Origin: the human T2T-CHM13v2.0 reference genome, Homo sapiens
Direction: 5' to 3' (one strand)
DNA length: 64,000 bases
NCBI RefSeq assembly: GCF_009914755.1
Contig: NC_060926.1
Shown: positions 13,478-31,100 of the stretch, piece after piece
How the letters are laid out: each line of letters begins with the position of its first letter
Numbering within the stretch: the stretch's first letter is position 1
The notes under the pieces: model-generated
What the model was told of the DNA's origin: nothing
The model's input: only the letters and a program-made list of their open reading frames with translations
Databases searched by the model: none
Made by a program: the position numbers and the translations under genes

Positions 13478-14300
13478 TTTTGAGTAACCACTTTGTGCCT
13501 GGCATAGTTCTTGCCTCTGTGGATACAGCAGTGAACACTGACAAAGCCTCCCTTCTGGAACTTTTATTTTAGAGGCACAAAATAATTAACAAAAGAAGAA
13601 GTATAGTACTTCAGATGATGATAAAATGCTCTGGAGTGATGGTTGTGATGAAATTGATGTGCATATTTAGTAGTATTCAGAGATACGGAAAAAAGGGGGT
13701 AAGTCTTCAAGGTGGAGGTGTATTAAATAGCCTTTTATTTTCTGCAGTAGTATCATCTCAAAGCTAAATATTTCTGGGGCACTTTATGTTTGAAAAATGT
13801 ATTAATTTTTATTATCTAAAAGAATCTCTAGTTGCTTTGTGGAAGAGACTATGGGGAAGCTAGAGTGGAAGCAAGGGAGCAGTTAAGAGAATGATTTGCA
13901 ATTCTTTAGGGCAGATATAAAACTAAAGTTGTAGTAGTGGACATGGTGAGGAGTTGCCTGAATGAGCATATTTCGAATGTAGAGCCACAGGTCATCCTAA
14001 TGGATTTGAAGATAGGAAAAAGAGAAAGATGACTTCAAGGTTTTGACCTGAGAAACTGCACCTGCTGGCATTATTCATTGAGAGGGGAAAGAATGAGAGA
14101 AGATCCTATTAATATTTGGATTTCAATGGAGCGAATCAAGAACCTGTGCTATTTCAGATGGCTGGTACATGTCCAAGTGAAAATATCAGACAGGAAGCTG
14201 GGTATGAAAGTATAGAGTTCAGCTGAATAGTTTGGTGTTGTCCGTTATTTGCATATGGTTTTAAAGCCGTGGGCTGAGTGAGGATACTCAGGAACAAGTG
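13478..14300 (-). mobile_element. L2 3' region
   Basis: TTGAGTAACCACTTTGTGCCTGGCATAGTTC...GATACAGCAGTGAACA; ATGACTTCAAGGTTTTGACCTGAG; CATGTCCAAGTGAAAATATCAGACAGG. Confidence 0.7.
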
Positions 14301-15999
14301 TTGATCAGGGTATGCTAATAAATGTTTAAGGAATTGCTCTCTTCTAAAAATATGTATACATACACACAAACATACACACACATACATACATACATATGTA
14401 TATATATCAGCAGATTATTCTATCCCTCTAGACAGGACTCACTCACTGTAATTTGCCAGGGTCCCCTCTACCCACTCAGCTATCCATCTGCACTCACATG
14501 GGCCCTTGTCACTCATCTACATTACTGGTCTGTTTCTTTGACATTGGAGTTTGTTAATCAGCAGTAGTCCTTCTTTCTAGGTTCTTTCCATTTTATTTAT
14601 TTACTCCATGCTCTATTACAAGCTATTTGTCTCAAATGTCACATGGCAGATGAAATCATGTATCATTAGTCCCAGCTTCCTTAGATCCAGGCCAACGTCA
14701 GTCACGGCAGAGAAAGGACAAGCTGGAAAATACTCTACTTTCTAAAGATATTTCTCAATGCAAATAAAGATTATTCTTCATCTGCTTGAAATTTTAAAAT
14801 TTCTTCTTGTTGAACTGTGAAGCTGGCACACTGCATGTAGCTGCTGGGTTGTGGGTGCTCAGGAATTGTGTTTTCAAGGGAAAATTACCAGGTTGCCTTG
14901 AATAATAATATACATGTTTTTGGCATCTTCTTAGAGAAGGCAATGTCAGTATGCAATGAATATCAGTATATTAGTTTTGATCAGTCCTCAAAGTTGAGAG
15001 CAAAAGGTCAAAACATTTTCAAAATCCTTTTTTTTCAAAATATGGTAAAGAAGACTCATTTTATCTTAATTTTTTAAAGTAAAGTGATAATTTCATATAT
15101 AATAAAAAGAGCCACAAAATTTATTACAGAAATGATTGAATGTAGAAAGATTATACACTGAATAGCCCACGAACCAGAATTGTCAGGAAGGGATTGTAAG
15201 GGTCACAGGGTTACAACTGGATGCTAAACACTGACTGAATTAATTGCCCCCTCACTGAGGGCATAAGGTTAGCTTTCAACCATATGCCATAATTTTTTAA
15301 ACGATTTTTTTTCTTTTCTAGAAGATGTATGTAGTATAACTAAAAAGCAATAAAAATTTTCACATTAAAACCAGAATCATTACTTTGTAGTGAAATAGCA
15401 GTCATAATTTCCTCTTTTAAAATTTTTATCCCTTTCTCTGTTCTCTTTGTTCTCTCTGCTCTACCCCCTTCCTTTGCATGAGTTTACATGTCTTGTGATA
15501 TTTTTCTTTTTCCCTCAGAGCATAGATACAATTTCCTGTGGGGCACTCAGTATCTCCAAGACCTAGGATGTGCCTTGAGAGGTATGGTACTATTTTGAGG
15601 TAAGTTATAACATAAAACTGCATTAGCTCCCTCATTTGTGAAAAGTATACCAAATTCCCAGATATGTGGTAAGCAGTTACTGGTAAAAACACAATCCTAA
15701 TGGTTTTCATAATTGATGTTTGCAAAACCAGAAATAATTCTGATCATATTGCATCCCCCTTATAGGACTCTGGCAGTGAGAAAGGATTTTGTATTTCATG
15801 AGTTTTAGTAGGTATTATATTTAGACTTTTTTCTGTAGCAGAAAAAATACTTCAGAAATTTTTTCTTATACTAGTTTGTGGAATATTAATGAAAGACAAA
15901 CACACACATTTTTACTTTTATTGGTAAGATTTCAAGAAAGATGTGACAGATGATTCTCATGGAATATAAAGATTTTTCAGCTAATCTTTAAATTACTTT

Positions 16000-16101
16000 C
16001 ATTTTTAATTTTTGTGGGTACATAGTAGGTATATTATATTTACGGGGTACATGAGATATTTTGGTACAGGCGTACAATGTGTAATAATCCCAGCATGGGA
16101 A
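16000..16101 (-). mobile_element. Very short 5'-truncated L1MA (about 100 bp) with 14-bp TSD
   Basis: TTTTTGTGGGTACATAGTAGGT...GGGGTACATGAGATATTTTG is the antisense L1MA2/3 3' end. TSD CTTTAAATTACTTT at 15986-15999 and 16102-16115. Confidence 0.85.
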
Positions 16102-17459
16102 CTTTAAATTACTTTTAAAAGGAGACATTACTGCTCCATTTTGTTTACCTTTCCCAATAAAATGTAAGACTCAATGAGCATTCTCTCAGTTATTTGAAAA
16201 ATTATTTTGTCTTACTTTGGCATAATTTTTGGAATGAGCTTTCTGCAATGTTCATTGGCCTAGACATTAATTATAAACTGCTTGACCTTAATTGATTTCT
16301 CATCCATCTATTAGTCCAAATCCATACTTCGGGTTTAAATAACTTAAGGAACATGATCTGACTCATGAAAAACTTCCATTGACTTTACTCGAGTCTGTGA
16401 AATTTTGTCAGACATCCAGAATCTAATTCATTGCTACATCCCAGAATACAAACTACAAACGAGAAACTGATGAACTTTGTACCAGGTAGCAGGGTAATGT
16501 TCTTTTAATGTTTTTCCTGGTTTCAATAAGATTTCTTTTATAAATAAATAGCATTTATAATGACATTTAGATTCCTGGTAGATAGCTATTCACTTACACT
16601 AGAGACATATGCTAAATGATTTTCTTACATAAAATATTAACATTACTGCTTATTATTATCATTATTTTTAGTTTCCTTTAAATTTACTTTTTATGCACCC
16701 CAGTTAAGTGCAGCCTATGTACAGAAACAATAAATTTTTGCTGGTTGTTTATTCTTAAAATATTTAGGCCTAGTTTCAATGGCTATAGTGGATAGCTGAA
16801 AAATTTTCCTCATGTTGTTGGAATGTAGGATGAATCAAAAGGAAGTTAACAATTCCAGAAAGATGGCAGCATGAGGGCACATATTCCACCCCCGAACAAA
16901 AATGTACTTCTTTGATTGGAAGTAAATCAATGACAGGTACAGTGCAGTGGGATGCAGGGTGCACAGGGGAGTAATACTGATGTCGGGAATGATACCAAAC
17001 ACAGACCACAAATCTTAAAGAAGTTCTTCCAAATATGGCAGCATTTAGAACCCATATACCATTTTTTTTTTCCAGGGTAGCACAGACTTATAGGAAAGTG
17101 AGGAAATTCTGGGAAATCCTAATATTAGAGAGACAAAGGTTGGCGCTGCAGGCAGGCTCTGAGGAATGACGGGGCCTTGAGCCTCTTTCCCACCAGAGTT
17201 CAACAACATTCCTAGGCCATGCTGGCATCTCTGGAATGTAAAGTGAGCACTCTGCCCCTCCTCACTTTGCTTCTCTGATCTGACATTTTCGTAGTTACCA
17301 AGTTCCCTCAGATGAAGGAAGGGAGAACCCTAATCTGAAGAGGGGAGGTCTGAAGTGGACAGGAACAGTATCAAGGAGACCACAGGAGGCAAAACATTAA
17401 AAGTTGAAGAAACAGCATAAATAACAGAAGACTGAAACTAAGGTGAGCGGGGAAAGCTT

Positions 17460-17690
17460 GCACTCTGCAAGCAGTTAGCCCAGGTTCCAGTCCTAGTGCA
17501 CTGTTTACTTACTTGGTATGTGCTACCGAGCAAGTTTCTTGACCTGTTTGTGCCTCAGTTTTCTCATCTATAAAATGGGGATAATAACATGCATGTAAGA
17601 ATTAAAAGATAATATGTTATTTATATAACAAGGGATTATGGCAATACCTGGCACATACCAAGAGTTCTGTAAATGCTGATTGCTTTTATT
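17460..17690 (+). mobile_element. MIR
   Basis: Core GTGCCTCAGTTTTCTCATCTATAAAATGGGGATAATAA, and CCTGGCACATA. Confidence 0.8.
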
Positions 17691-18109
17691 AAATTAAGTC
17701 ATTTAATACATTTACTTTGTTATTAAATTAAATATCGCTATTACTAAATCTACATAAAAGTGAGATTAAACAACTTATTTAATAGACAAAAACTCCAATG
17801 ACATCAAAAGTCGTCCATATGATATGTAAAAGAGAGCTGAAATAATGCAACTCAAAAGGTAATAGCAAAGGACATTATGCTAGAAACGCTAATCACTATT
17901 GCCTAGTCACATTCTCTCCTTGTAATAGTATCCAAAGACAGGAATAAAGGCCACATTCTTTTTCCTCTGACTCTACCCCACCTCTGGCTACAGCTGATTG
18001 GATCAAGGACAGACACCTGACCAAGGACAGTCACGCTGTGCTTTATGTCCCGGCAGAAAAAGGCTCTGGTGAGGATCAAATTTTTTTTTAATTTGGGTAA
18101 TTAAATAAA

Positions 18110-18930
18110 TGAGCTGAACGGAAGTGTGAATCAGTAACTCTTTGTAGCCTTAAATGAAGTACAGCGGGAAAAGGAACACAGGAACTCAAGCTTGCCCTGG
18201 GCTGCCTGGTGGGAAACAGACCCGGATCTGCAAAGGTGTTAGGTATCTGTGCAGAGGAAGCCGTCTCTGCCCCTGATTTCGGCCCTCAGAGCCCTCAATG
18301 ACAGCAGTAGAGTCTTCTACTAAGCTATGTTTCTAAGGATAAGGTTGGGATCCTGACAGTGAATAAGGTTATCCTGCAGGATGGGGAGCTGAGAATTCTT
18401 GGCACTCGAGCCTCTCTGAGGCAGTTACCAATGCAAGCTCCCTCCCACACGTGAGGAGACATCCCTTTTTAAGTCCATCCTGTGACCAAAGCTTGGAATG
18501 CAGCGCTGGCTTTTGGAAATAAGCAAAGGCAGATTAAGGAAGAAAGATCCTTTACTGTGAGTTCTGACTGATATTTCCCTTCAGGGCCTTGAGGCTTAAG
18601 CCTTTCTTTCTAGAAGAATGGGGAGGGGAGGAGCTAGTCCCATTTGTTGCTAAGCGACTAAAGCTTTCTCGGGTCACGTTTGCAGCTATTGAGAATCAGT
18701 GACAAGGTGGATGTAGCGATGCGGGGAGAAGCCTCTCATTTCAAGATTTCTGGTTCTGTATTTTAAACCATGGAGTTCGCAAGAACAAAATTGATTGGAA
18801 GCCTATCAAAGTTCGAGAATGGTGTTTTTAGAAATAAGCCAAGCCTTAGAAGGAGGGATGAGTTTCAGGCTTAAACCAACACAGCAGGGCATCTTATCTT
18901 CCTCTGCAAAGTCCAGGCCCGATACAAAGG
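18110..18930. promoter_or_regulatory. Candidate promoter/enhancer: CpG-retaining unique segment with RFX X-box, ETS, E-box, GC-box and CCAAT motifs
   Basis: About 16 CpGs in about 800 bp of non-Alu DNA. CGGAAGTG 18119-18126, CACGTG 18448-18453, GGGGAGGGG about 18620-18628, GTTGCTAAGCGAC 18646-18658, ATTGG 18794-18798. Motif evidence only. Confidence 0.45.
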
Positions 18931-19215
18931 ATGCTAAGAATAAATTTAACAAAAAATATACACAACCTGTATGAAGGAAAAAACACAAACCAACCAACGA
19001 AATGAAGGGCCTAAACTAATAGAATGAATGGAGAGTCATGACATGTCTTTTTGGAAAGACAGATACTGTAAAGATGTAAATTTTCTGCAAACTATTTGTA
19101 AGTATAACACAGAGATCCATTTTGTATTTGACATGACAACATAACTCTCATTTATTTGGAAGACTAAATGTAGGAATATCCAGAAACATTCTGAGAAAAA
19201 AAGAGAAACAAGTAG

Positions 19216-19560
<345 letters not shown>

Positions 19561-19806
19561 TTAAGGTGTGACAATTGAAACTGTGATAGTGTTTGAGTAA
19601 CAGCATCGGAGTAAACAGGCAGATCAATGGAAGAGATTAAAAAGTAAAGAAGCAAACATAGCTGTAAGTCCCTGGGAATTTAGAGGTGATATTTCAAATC
19701 AATGTACTGAATGGGTTTTCCAAAAAAATGTTTTGGAACAAATGGCTAGTGTTTGCAAAAATATAAGAGAACCCTGCCTCCCACTTAATTATATTTTGAA
19801 ATTTAA

Positions 19807-20450
<644 letters not shown>

Positions 20451-20532
20451 GAGATTTGAATGAAAAGAATAAGATTATAAAATATGAGGAGAAAATTCAG
20501 ATTAACGATGCTACAATCTTGAAATGGGGAAG

Positions 20533-20884
20533 TGTATTAGTCTGCCAGGTCTGCTATTAATATAAAAAAAAACCTGTGGCTTAACAGAAATTTATTTTCT
20601 CAGTTCTGGAGGCTGGAAGTCCAAGGTCAAGGTGTCAGCAGGGTTGGTTTCTCCTGAGGCCTTTTACCTTCTCCCTATGTCTTCAGGTGGCCTTTTCCCT
20701 GAGCATATGCATTCCTGGTGGCTCTTCCTCTTCTTATAAGGACACCAGTCACTGGATTAGGGCCTCACCCTTAAGACTTCGTTTAACTGTAATTACCTCT
20801 TTAAAGCCCCTATCTTTAAATAAGCCACACTGGCATTCAGCTTTCAACATACACATTTTGGGGGATGCAATTCAGTCTGTAACA
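20533..20884 (-). mobile_element. MLT1A-type MaLR solo LTR
   Basis: TG...CA termini. CAGTTCTGGAGGCTGGAAGTCCAAGGTCAAGGTGTCAGCAGGGTTGG; TCTTATAAGGACACCAGTC. 5-bp TSD GGAAG at 20528-20532 and 20885-20889. Confidence 0.9.
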
Positions 20885-23339
20885 GGAAGTATTTTCTAAG
20901 TATCACCTCAAAGACAGACCAGTCATTGATCTTACTAGAAATCAAAGGTGTTTAAAATAATACAAATCTCATTTTTTATTGATTTGATTTTTAAAAAATT
21001 GATGTCTTAGCATAAGTAAGATTATGGGGATACAGGGCAGTATAAGTACTCTCCCACACTGTTGGTGGGACAGAACATGGATATAAATACTGTGCAGGGC
21101 AATTTGGGTTTTGTAACATACTAAAAGAATGTGTTTCCTCTCCATTTCTTAGATTTGTATCCTAAAGGAGTAGTCCAACGGGTGAGTAAAAATATATGTG
21201 CAAGAATGTAAAATTGTATCAGATAATGAAAATAGGAAACAAATTTGGTGTTAGTAAATAGGGGATTAGATCAGCCAATTAAGATACCAGTTACCCAGTA
21301 GAATACTTTTTAGTCATTAGGGAAATACATAGTAAATCAGTTTTCCGGGAATGGACCTAGAATCTTTAACATGTTATGTTAAGTGAAAAAAATAAATTAT
21401 AGTATGTTCCCATTTATGTAAAAAATATAAATAGAAGTATACATGATGAAAAGTAGTAATATATGATCTGAATTACTTACACTGAGCATAGAATATTTTG
21501 CTAATCAGAAAGGCAAGCTATTTTCATTTTTAAAAACAACCATTTGTAGAAATGAAAAGCATATTCCATATATAGAAATACATATTTAAAAAATAACATA
21601 AAATGGGAATAGATAAAATACATTTGCTTGATGAGGGGGCTCAGAAAATAGAGGAAAAGAAGTCTTATAATATCTATCAGCTTAAACATTTGGGAAACAT
21701 GGACTTAGAGCTTTCCTGGGAAAGTTTTAAGCTGTCTGAAGATGGAATGTCGTAAGTAAGAAGGGCCCCTCGACACTTGACGAAAAAGAGTTTAAGAAAC
21801 ATGTGGATAGTGGAAGAGGAACACCCTGCCAAACTAAAATTTTGTCCCCAAAATGTATCTCTTAAAGTGGAAGTCTATCCCTACTATGTGCAGAGTTTCA
21901 AAACTGATAAACAATTTAGGATTAAAGAAAGTTTTAAGTAATTTCTCTCTTTCATTATGCATGAAGTATTGTTTTCTCACTACATAAAGCATTGCTTCTG
22001 AATTGTTTAGTTTTTTAAAATAGACATTTAATTTTTTAATGGACACTTTAATGGACATATTTAAAAGATTAAATATGTTCATACTACTTATGGCATAGGA
22101 AGTTCTTTGCTGACAATCTGTATTATACCTAATATGATGTGATTTTTTTAATTTTATTTTTTGTCTTTTTACTTCCTACCAAGTAAAAAGTGTATTTTAA
22201 AATACGCAAAGTTCAATTTTTACAAACTCAATACTCAGTCTGTTGTGTTGATCCCACAACATACTCATGATGCTAAAAATTCTAGGCTGGCATTTCAAAT
22301 GGGAGTGAAACAGCATACTGCACAACTTTCAACAAGCCTAGTGCCAAAAGATGAAAAAATATATTTTCATTTATCATGAGTCCATTTAAGCACCAACATG
22401 TATGACTTTAGCATTTAGTGTCAAGAACAATATCAACAAGTAAGGGATGATTATTGGATTTTGGTCACATGTCCTACTCCATACCATCCCATCTGTTTTG
22501 TTTTCCTTTATAAACATGGTATATGCAGGTATGGAGCCTCACCTTCACTTTGCTTTTGTATCTGTTGAATGAAGAGTTTTGGCACTAAGGGTACAGAAAG
22601 AAAGAGCTGAGAACTTTGTAAGAGAGAGAATGAAGTGCGAAGGGAGTATAGGCTCTGTGGAAGGTGAACTTCCAGCCCTGGAAGCCGGAAGAATAAAAAC
22701 AAACAAAAAATGGAAAAAATGTTTTAAAGGTGAAAATTGCTAAGTACAAGGGAAGTTTTGTATTCAAACGCTTCTTAAAGGCAACTACTGCCATTTTTTT
22801 TCCCTAACAAACATCCAACAGAAGTGCTTTTTTTTATGGAATGTGTTATTTAATTCATGATATTATGAGTCAAGCACTGTACTGAAAATTTCCATTATAT
22901 ATTTATATTACTTTTAAGAAAGAAAAAAGTTGTCTTTAAATATATTTTATATAGATTTAAAATTAGTAAAAGTATTCAGGAGAAATCAAAGCAATGTTGG
23001 CTTTTTAAGTGTCAGTATTAAGAAATTAAAAAGGATGCAGAATTAGAACAGTAATTTAAGCAATCCAAAAATAATTTAATATGCTAAAACATGCATACTT
23101 TTAGATTATAATTGAATAAAATTGGAAGTGAGCACTTACAAAAATTTTGTGAATATTTAGATATACGTTTAGTCAATAAATTGAATATGAGTTAAATGAG
23201 CACAAGATTCAGATTACTCTGCCTATTTCTTAAGATACATATTAGTGTTTAAATAAACCTCACCGCTGGTAAATTTATTACAACCATTTTGCATTAAAAT
23301 AACTGAAAATTATAAAATAAAATTTATATTATATTAAGA

Positions 23340-23688
<349 letters not shown>

Positions 23689-24513
23689 AAACATATTTTT
23701 AAATAAAAACATTTAAATGGAATGGCCTTCATAGATCAGTTTGGTACATTTTTTAACATAAAAATTTGTCTTTAAGTTACAGAAGATCACAGTTTCCGAA
23801 TCCATTTATAAACTGCTTTTTAATGAGTCACTTAAAAAGCTTTCCACTGAATGCTCTTTTTTTATGTGGTAAGAATGTCAGCAACTTTAGACATTTATGA
23901 TTGGTCTTTCTGACTTTTACTATACTCATTTAATATACCTAACTTGTTATTTAGGATGCACACTTGCCCTTTAAAGGCATTCTCAAGTGAATATAGATAT
24001 CTACAATTTTTAGACTGTAAAAAAAAATTATGATTTCTTCCTTTAAGATAGTTGATAAAACTGCTTTATAAAAAGGGTAAAATATAACCTTTTAACAAAA
24101 GAAAAATTTTAAACTTGAGAATGTCACAAAATATAAAGGTTAGGTAGAAATAACTGTGATTATGTATCATAAGCACATTTCCAAGTACCAATGAAAAAAA
24201 TCCCAAATGAAATATTTAAAAACTCAAAGTTGTTCCTGAGTATCACTGGGTTAAACAGAATTCAATATGTAAATCACTACATTTTCTTCTTCAATCTATG
24301 AAGTAAAAGCTCCATTACTCCAATCATTTGGGAATATAACTTTTCCTCTTTGGTTCTCACTTTGTATTTATATACCAATTTACAGTGTTTAAAGCCCTCT
24401 CATATATTTATCTGATTTTAGGATTATATAATGTTCATTTGAAATATTATCCTCATTTTTTATGTGTGGATGCTGAGTTATTCATTCCATCTATCACCAT
24501 GTATTAACTGACC

Positions 24514-24798
24514 TTTTATTATTATTTTTTTTTTTTGAGACAAGATTTTTCTTCTGTCACCCAGACTGGAGCACAGTGGCACAATCACTGCTCACTGCAG
24601 CCTCAGCCTCCCAGGCTCAAGTGATCCTCCCACCTGAGCATCTCAAGTAGCTGGGACTACAGGTGCGCACCACCACACCCGGCTTATTTTTGTATTTTTT
24701 GTAGACACGGGGTTTCACTACATTGCCTAGGATAATCTCAAGTGATCCTCAGCCTCCCAAAGTGTTGGGATGACATGTGTGAACCTCTGTGCCAGGCC
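24514..24798 (-). mobile_element. AluJ with small deletions
   Basis: Antisense dimer with J diagnostics (CAGGCTCAAGTGATCCTCCCACC). Degenerate TSD AACTGA. Confidence 0.9.
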
Positions 24799-24869
24799 TC
24801 AACTGATTTTTTATTATATGACAGACTTTAAAGATTCATTAACAGTGGCTACGGAGTATGAGCATTGTA

Positions 24870-25400
24870 AAGATAGCAGTAAATATGAGGTGTACAGAGA
24901 GTACATATGAAAGAAAACACATGCAAAATGGGGTCAAGAAAGGCATCTCAGAGAAGGTGAGGCCTGAGTCAAGTATCATAAATAGATATTAGACAGGTAA
25001 AGATGAGCAGTAAAAGGATGTGATAGTGTTTGCAGAGCAGCCTGGGCATGGCACCAGAGACAGGCTATATTGCCCATCCTGGGAACAACACTTGGAGTTG
25101 GGGTTGGAAAGTGCAGGAGAAATGGCAAGGGATGAGGTACCAGAGATATTGAAAAGGCTAGATAATGAAGACCCTTGGGTGCTATATTAAATGGACCTCA
25201 CACTGAAGAATATCAAGAACCAGAAAAACACATCAGACACATCATATTTGACTATTTGAATGGTTTGGAGAGGGGGCATTGTGGGTATTCAGCCTTTTAG
25301 AGATGATAGTGTAATAAACCAGATATTAAAATTCCAAATAAACAAGATGCTAAAGTTCCAAACGAAAGTAGCAGCAGTAGAAATAGAAAGAGACTCTGTT
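24870..25400 (-). mobile_element. L2 fragment
   Basis: GGGGTCAAGAAAGGCATCTCAGAGAAGGTGAGGCCTGAG and further L2-like purine-rich motifs. Confidence 0.55.
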
Positions 25401-25559
25401 GGGCTTATACAAGAGATTAAAATGTTATTTAATCTGGAGATATATTTCTATAATTCACAATGTAAATAAGTCAAAATGAAAATGACATGTGAACCCTTAT
25501 GTCAGATATCCAAAGTAATTGCTAAACTTCAACAAACTAATGGGATTTAAAAAAGGATG

Positions 25560-25667
25560 ACTGTATAAGAATAGCCTTGAATATTTCTTAAAACAAACAA
25601 AGCATATCAGATGACCGTAACTGTATAAGAATAGCCATCAATATTTCTTAAAATGAACAAAGCATAT
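25560..25667 (+). repeat. Two-copy tandem duplication, 60-bp period
   Basis: ACTGTATAAGAATAGCC...AATATTTCTTAAAA...AACAAAGCATAT starts at both 25560 and 25620. Confidence 0.9.
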
Positions 25668-26288
25668 TGGAAGCCTGCATTATATTAAAATATAATGACC
25701 ATACCACTATCATAATAAAATAATATGATTCTCATGTAGAAAGAGCCAGCTTTATGGGTCAGATCTCCAAAACAACAGCAACAATAATATGTTTTTGTAT
25801 GTCTAAAAACATCATAAGCAAAATTAAAAGGCAAACAACTGGAAAAACACATTCAACATGTAGGAAAGATAATGGGTTTATTCATAACTTTAATTTAAAA
25901 AGATCTTTTGAAATTACATGAAAACTGGATATAACAATGACCAAGCATATAAACTTTTCTAAATATAAACAAGTGGGCAATAAGCATACTGAATAAAGTT
26001 CAAATTCATTCTTATGCAGAATTATAAATATTACCACAAGATTACACCATTTTAAAACATCCTGAATTAAAGAACAGTAAAAAAATGACACCAATCATTA
26101 ACGAGTATGTGGGGAAATGGCCACTTTATATATTCCTCATGATAGCAAACACATGAGAGGGAACTGCAAAATCTTTCTGGAGAGCAATTTTGGCAATATG
26201 CATCAAAGCCTTAAAAATGTGCTTTGACTCAGCAATTCCAGATCTAGGGAATTTATCCTAAGAAACATACATTTGTGAAGAAATTTAG

Positions 26289-30012
<3,724 letters not shown>

Positions 30013-30864
30013 TATAGTCATAAGAACATTCATCTCACTAAACTAATAAAAATGATGCAAATTTTCATCAATTCAGGATTTGTTAAATAAGTTGTGGTAT
30101 GTCTGTTCAATGAAACACTATGAATCCCTAACCAAAATAATAATAATAATACAATAGAAGAATATATAATGATACCAAAATATTCACAGTGCATTTTAAA
30201 TGGACAAATCTGGCGATATTGTCAATATATGACCTGATTTTATAAAACCAATTCTTTTTTGTCTAAATCAATATTTTCCTCATTATTGGGAATGAATAAA
30301 TTTTATATACCTCTTTTTATCTTTTCTTTTTTTCTGTATGTCTCACTATATTCTACTGGGGTTCTACTCAGGCTATAAAAGACATCATTTCCTCTCTAGG
30401 GATTATTTCTACCTTCCTACCAATAGAGAACTCCCATCATAACACTGATTCTTCCTTTTTTTCTCCTTCCTCTTCTCTCTTCCTCCTCCTTTTCCTCCCC
30501 CCTCCTCCTCCTTCTTTATAGGTATTGATTCACAGAATAGAAGATGATGAATAAATGTTTCTTCTGGATTAAAGCCTCTATTTCTGAAATTTCTTATCAG
30601 TTACCTTATTTCTTATAATTGATTTTACAGAGTCTATAAAATCAAAAACTCTTAGATTAGGATGAATTTAGAGGGAATCCAATTCAACCTTTTACTCAAA
30701 AGAAACCCCAGCTATAAGATTCCTGACAAATGATGGTGCTGCTTTACACTTAATTTATTAGTCTTCAGTCACAAGAAGTTTACTATCTCAGGAGAAGTTT
30801 TTCAAATGATATGTTTGTCTCTTAAAGTGAGAACAATCTTGAGGACAAAGTAATTTAAAAGCCT

Positions 30865-31100
30865 TAATAATAATGACAGCAAACACTTAACATTGCTCTT
30901 ACAGCGTGCCAGGCACAGTTCTGATTACTTTTCAATTGTTAATACGTTTAATTGTGACTCTAATGCTATCATGTAGGCACTATTCATATCCTTATTTTAC
31001 AGACAGTTTAACTAACTTGCCCAAGGTCACATGATTAGTAAGTAGCAGAAATGGGGTTTGAAATCAAGCCATCTGGCTCCAGTGTCTGCCCTTTTAAACG
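30865..31100 (-). mobile_element. MIR
   Basis: GTGCCAGGCACAGTTCT...TAACTTGCCCAAGGTCACATGATTAGTAAGTAGCAGA...GGTTTGAAATCAAG. Confidence 0.85.
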
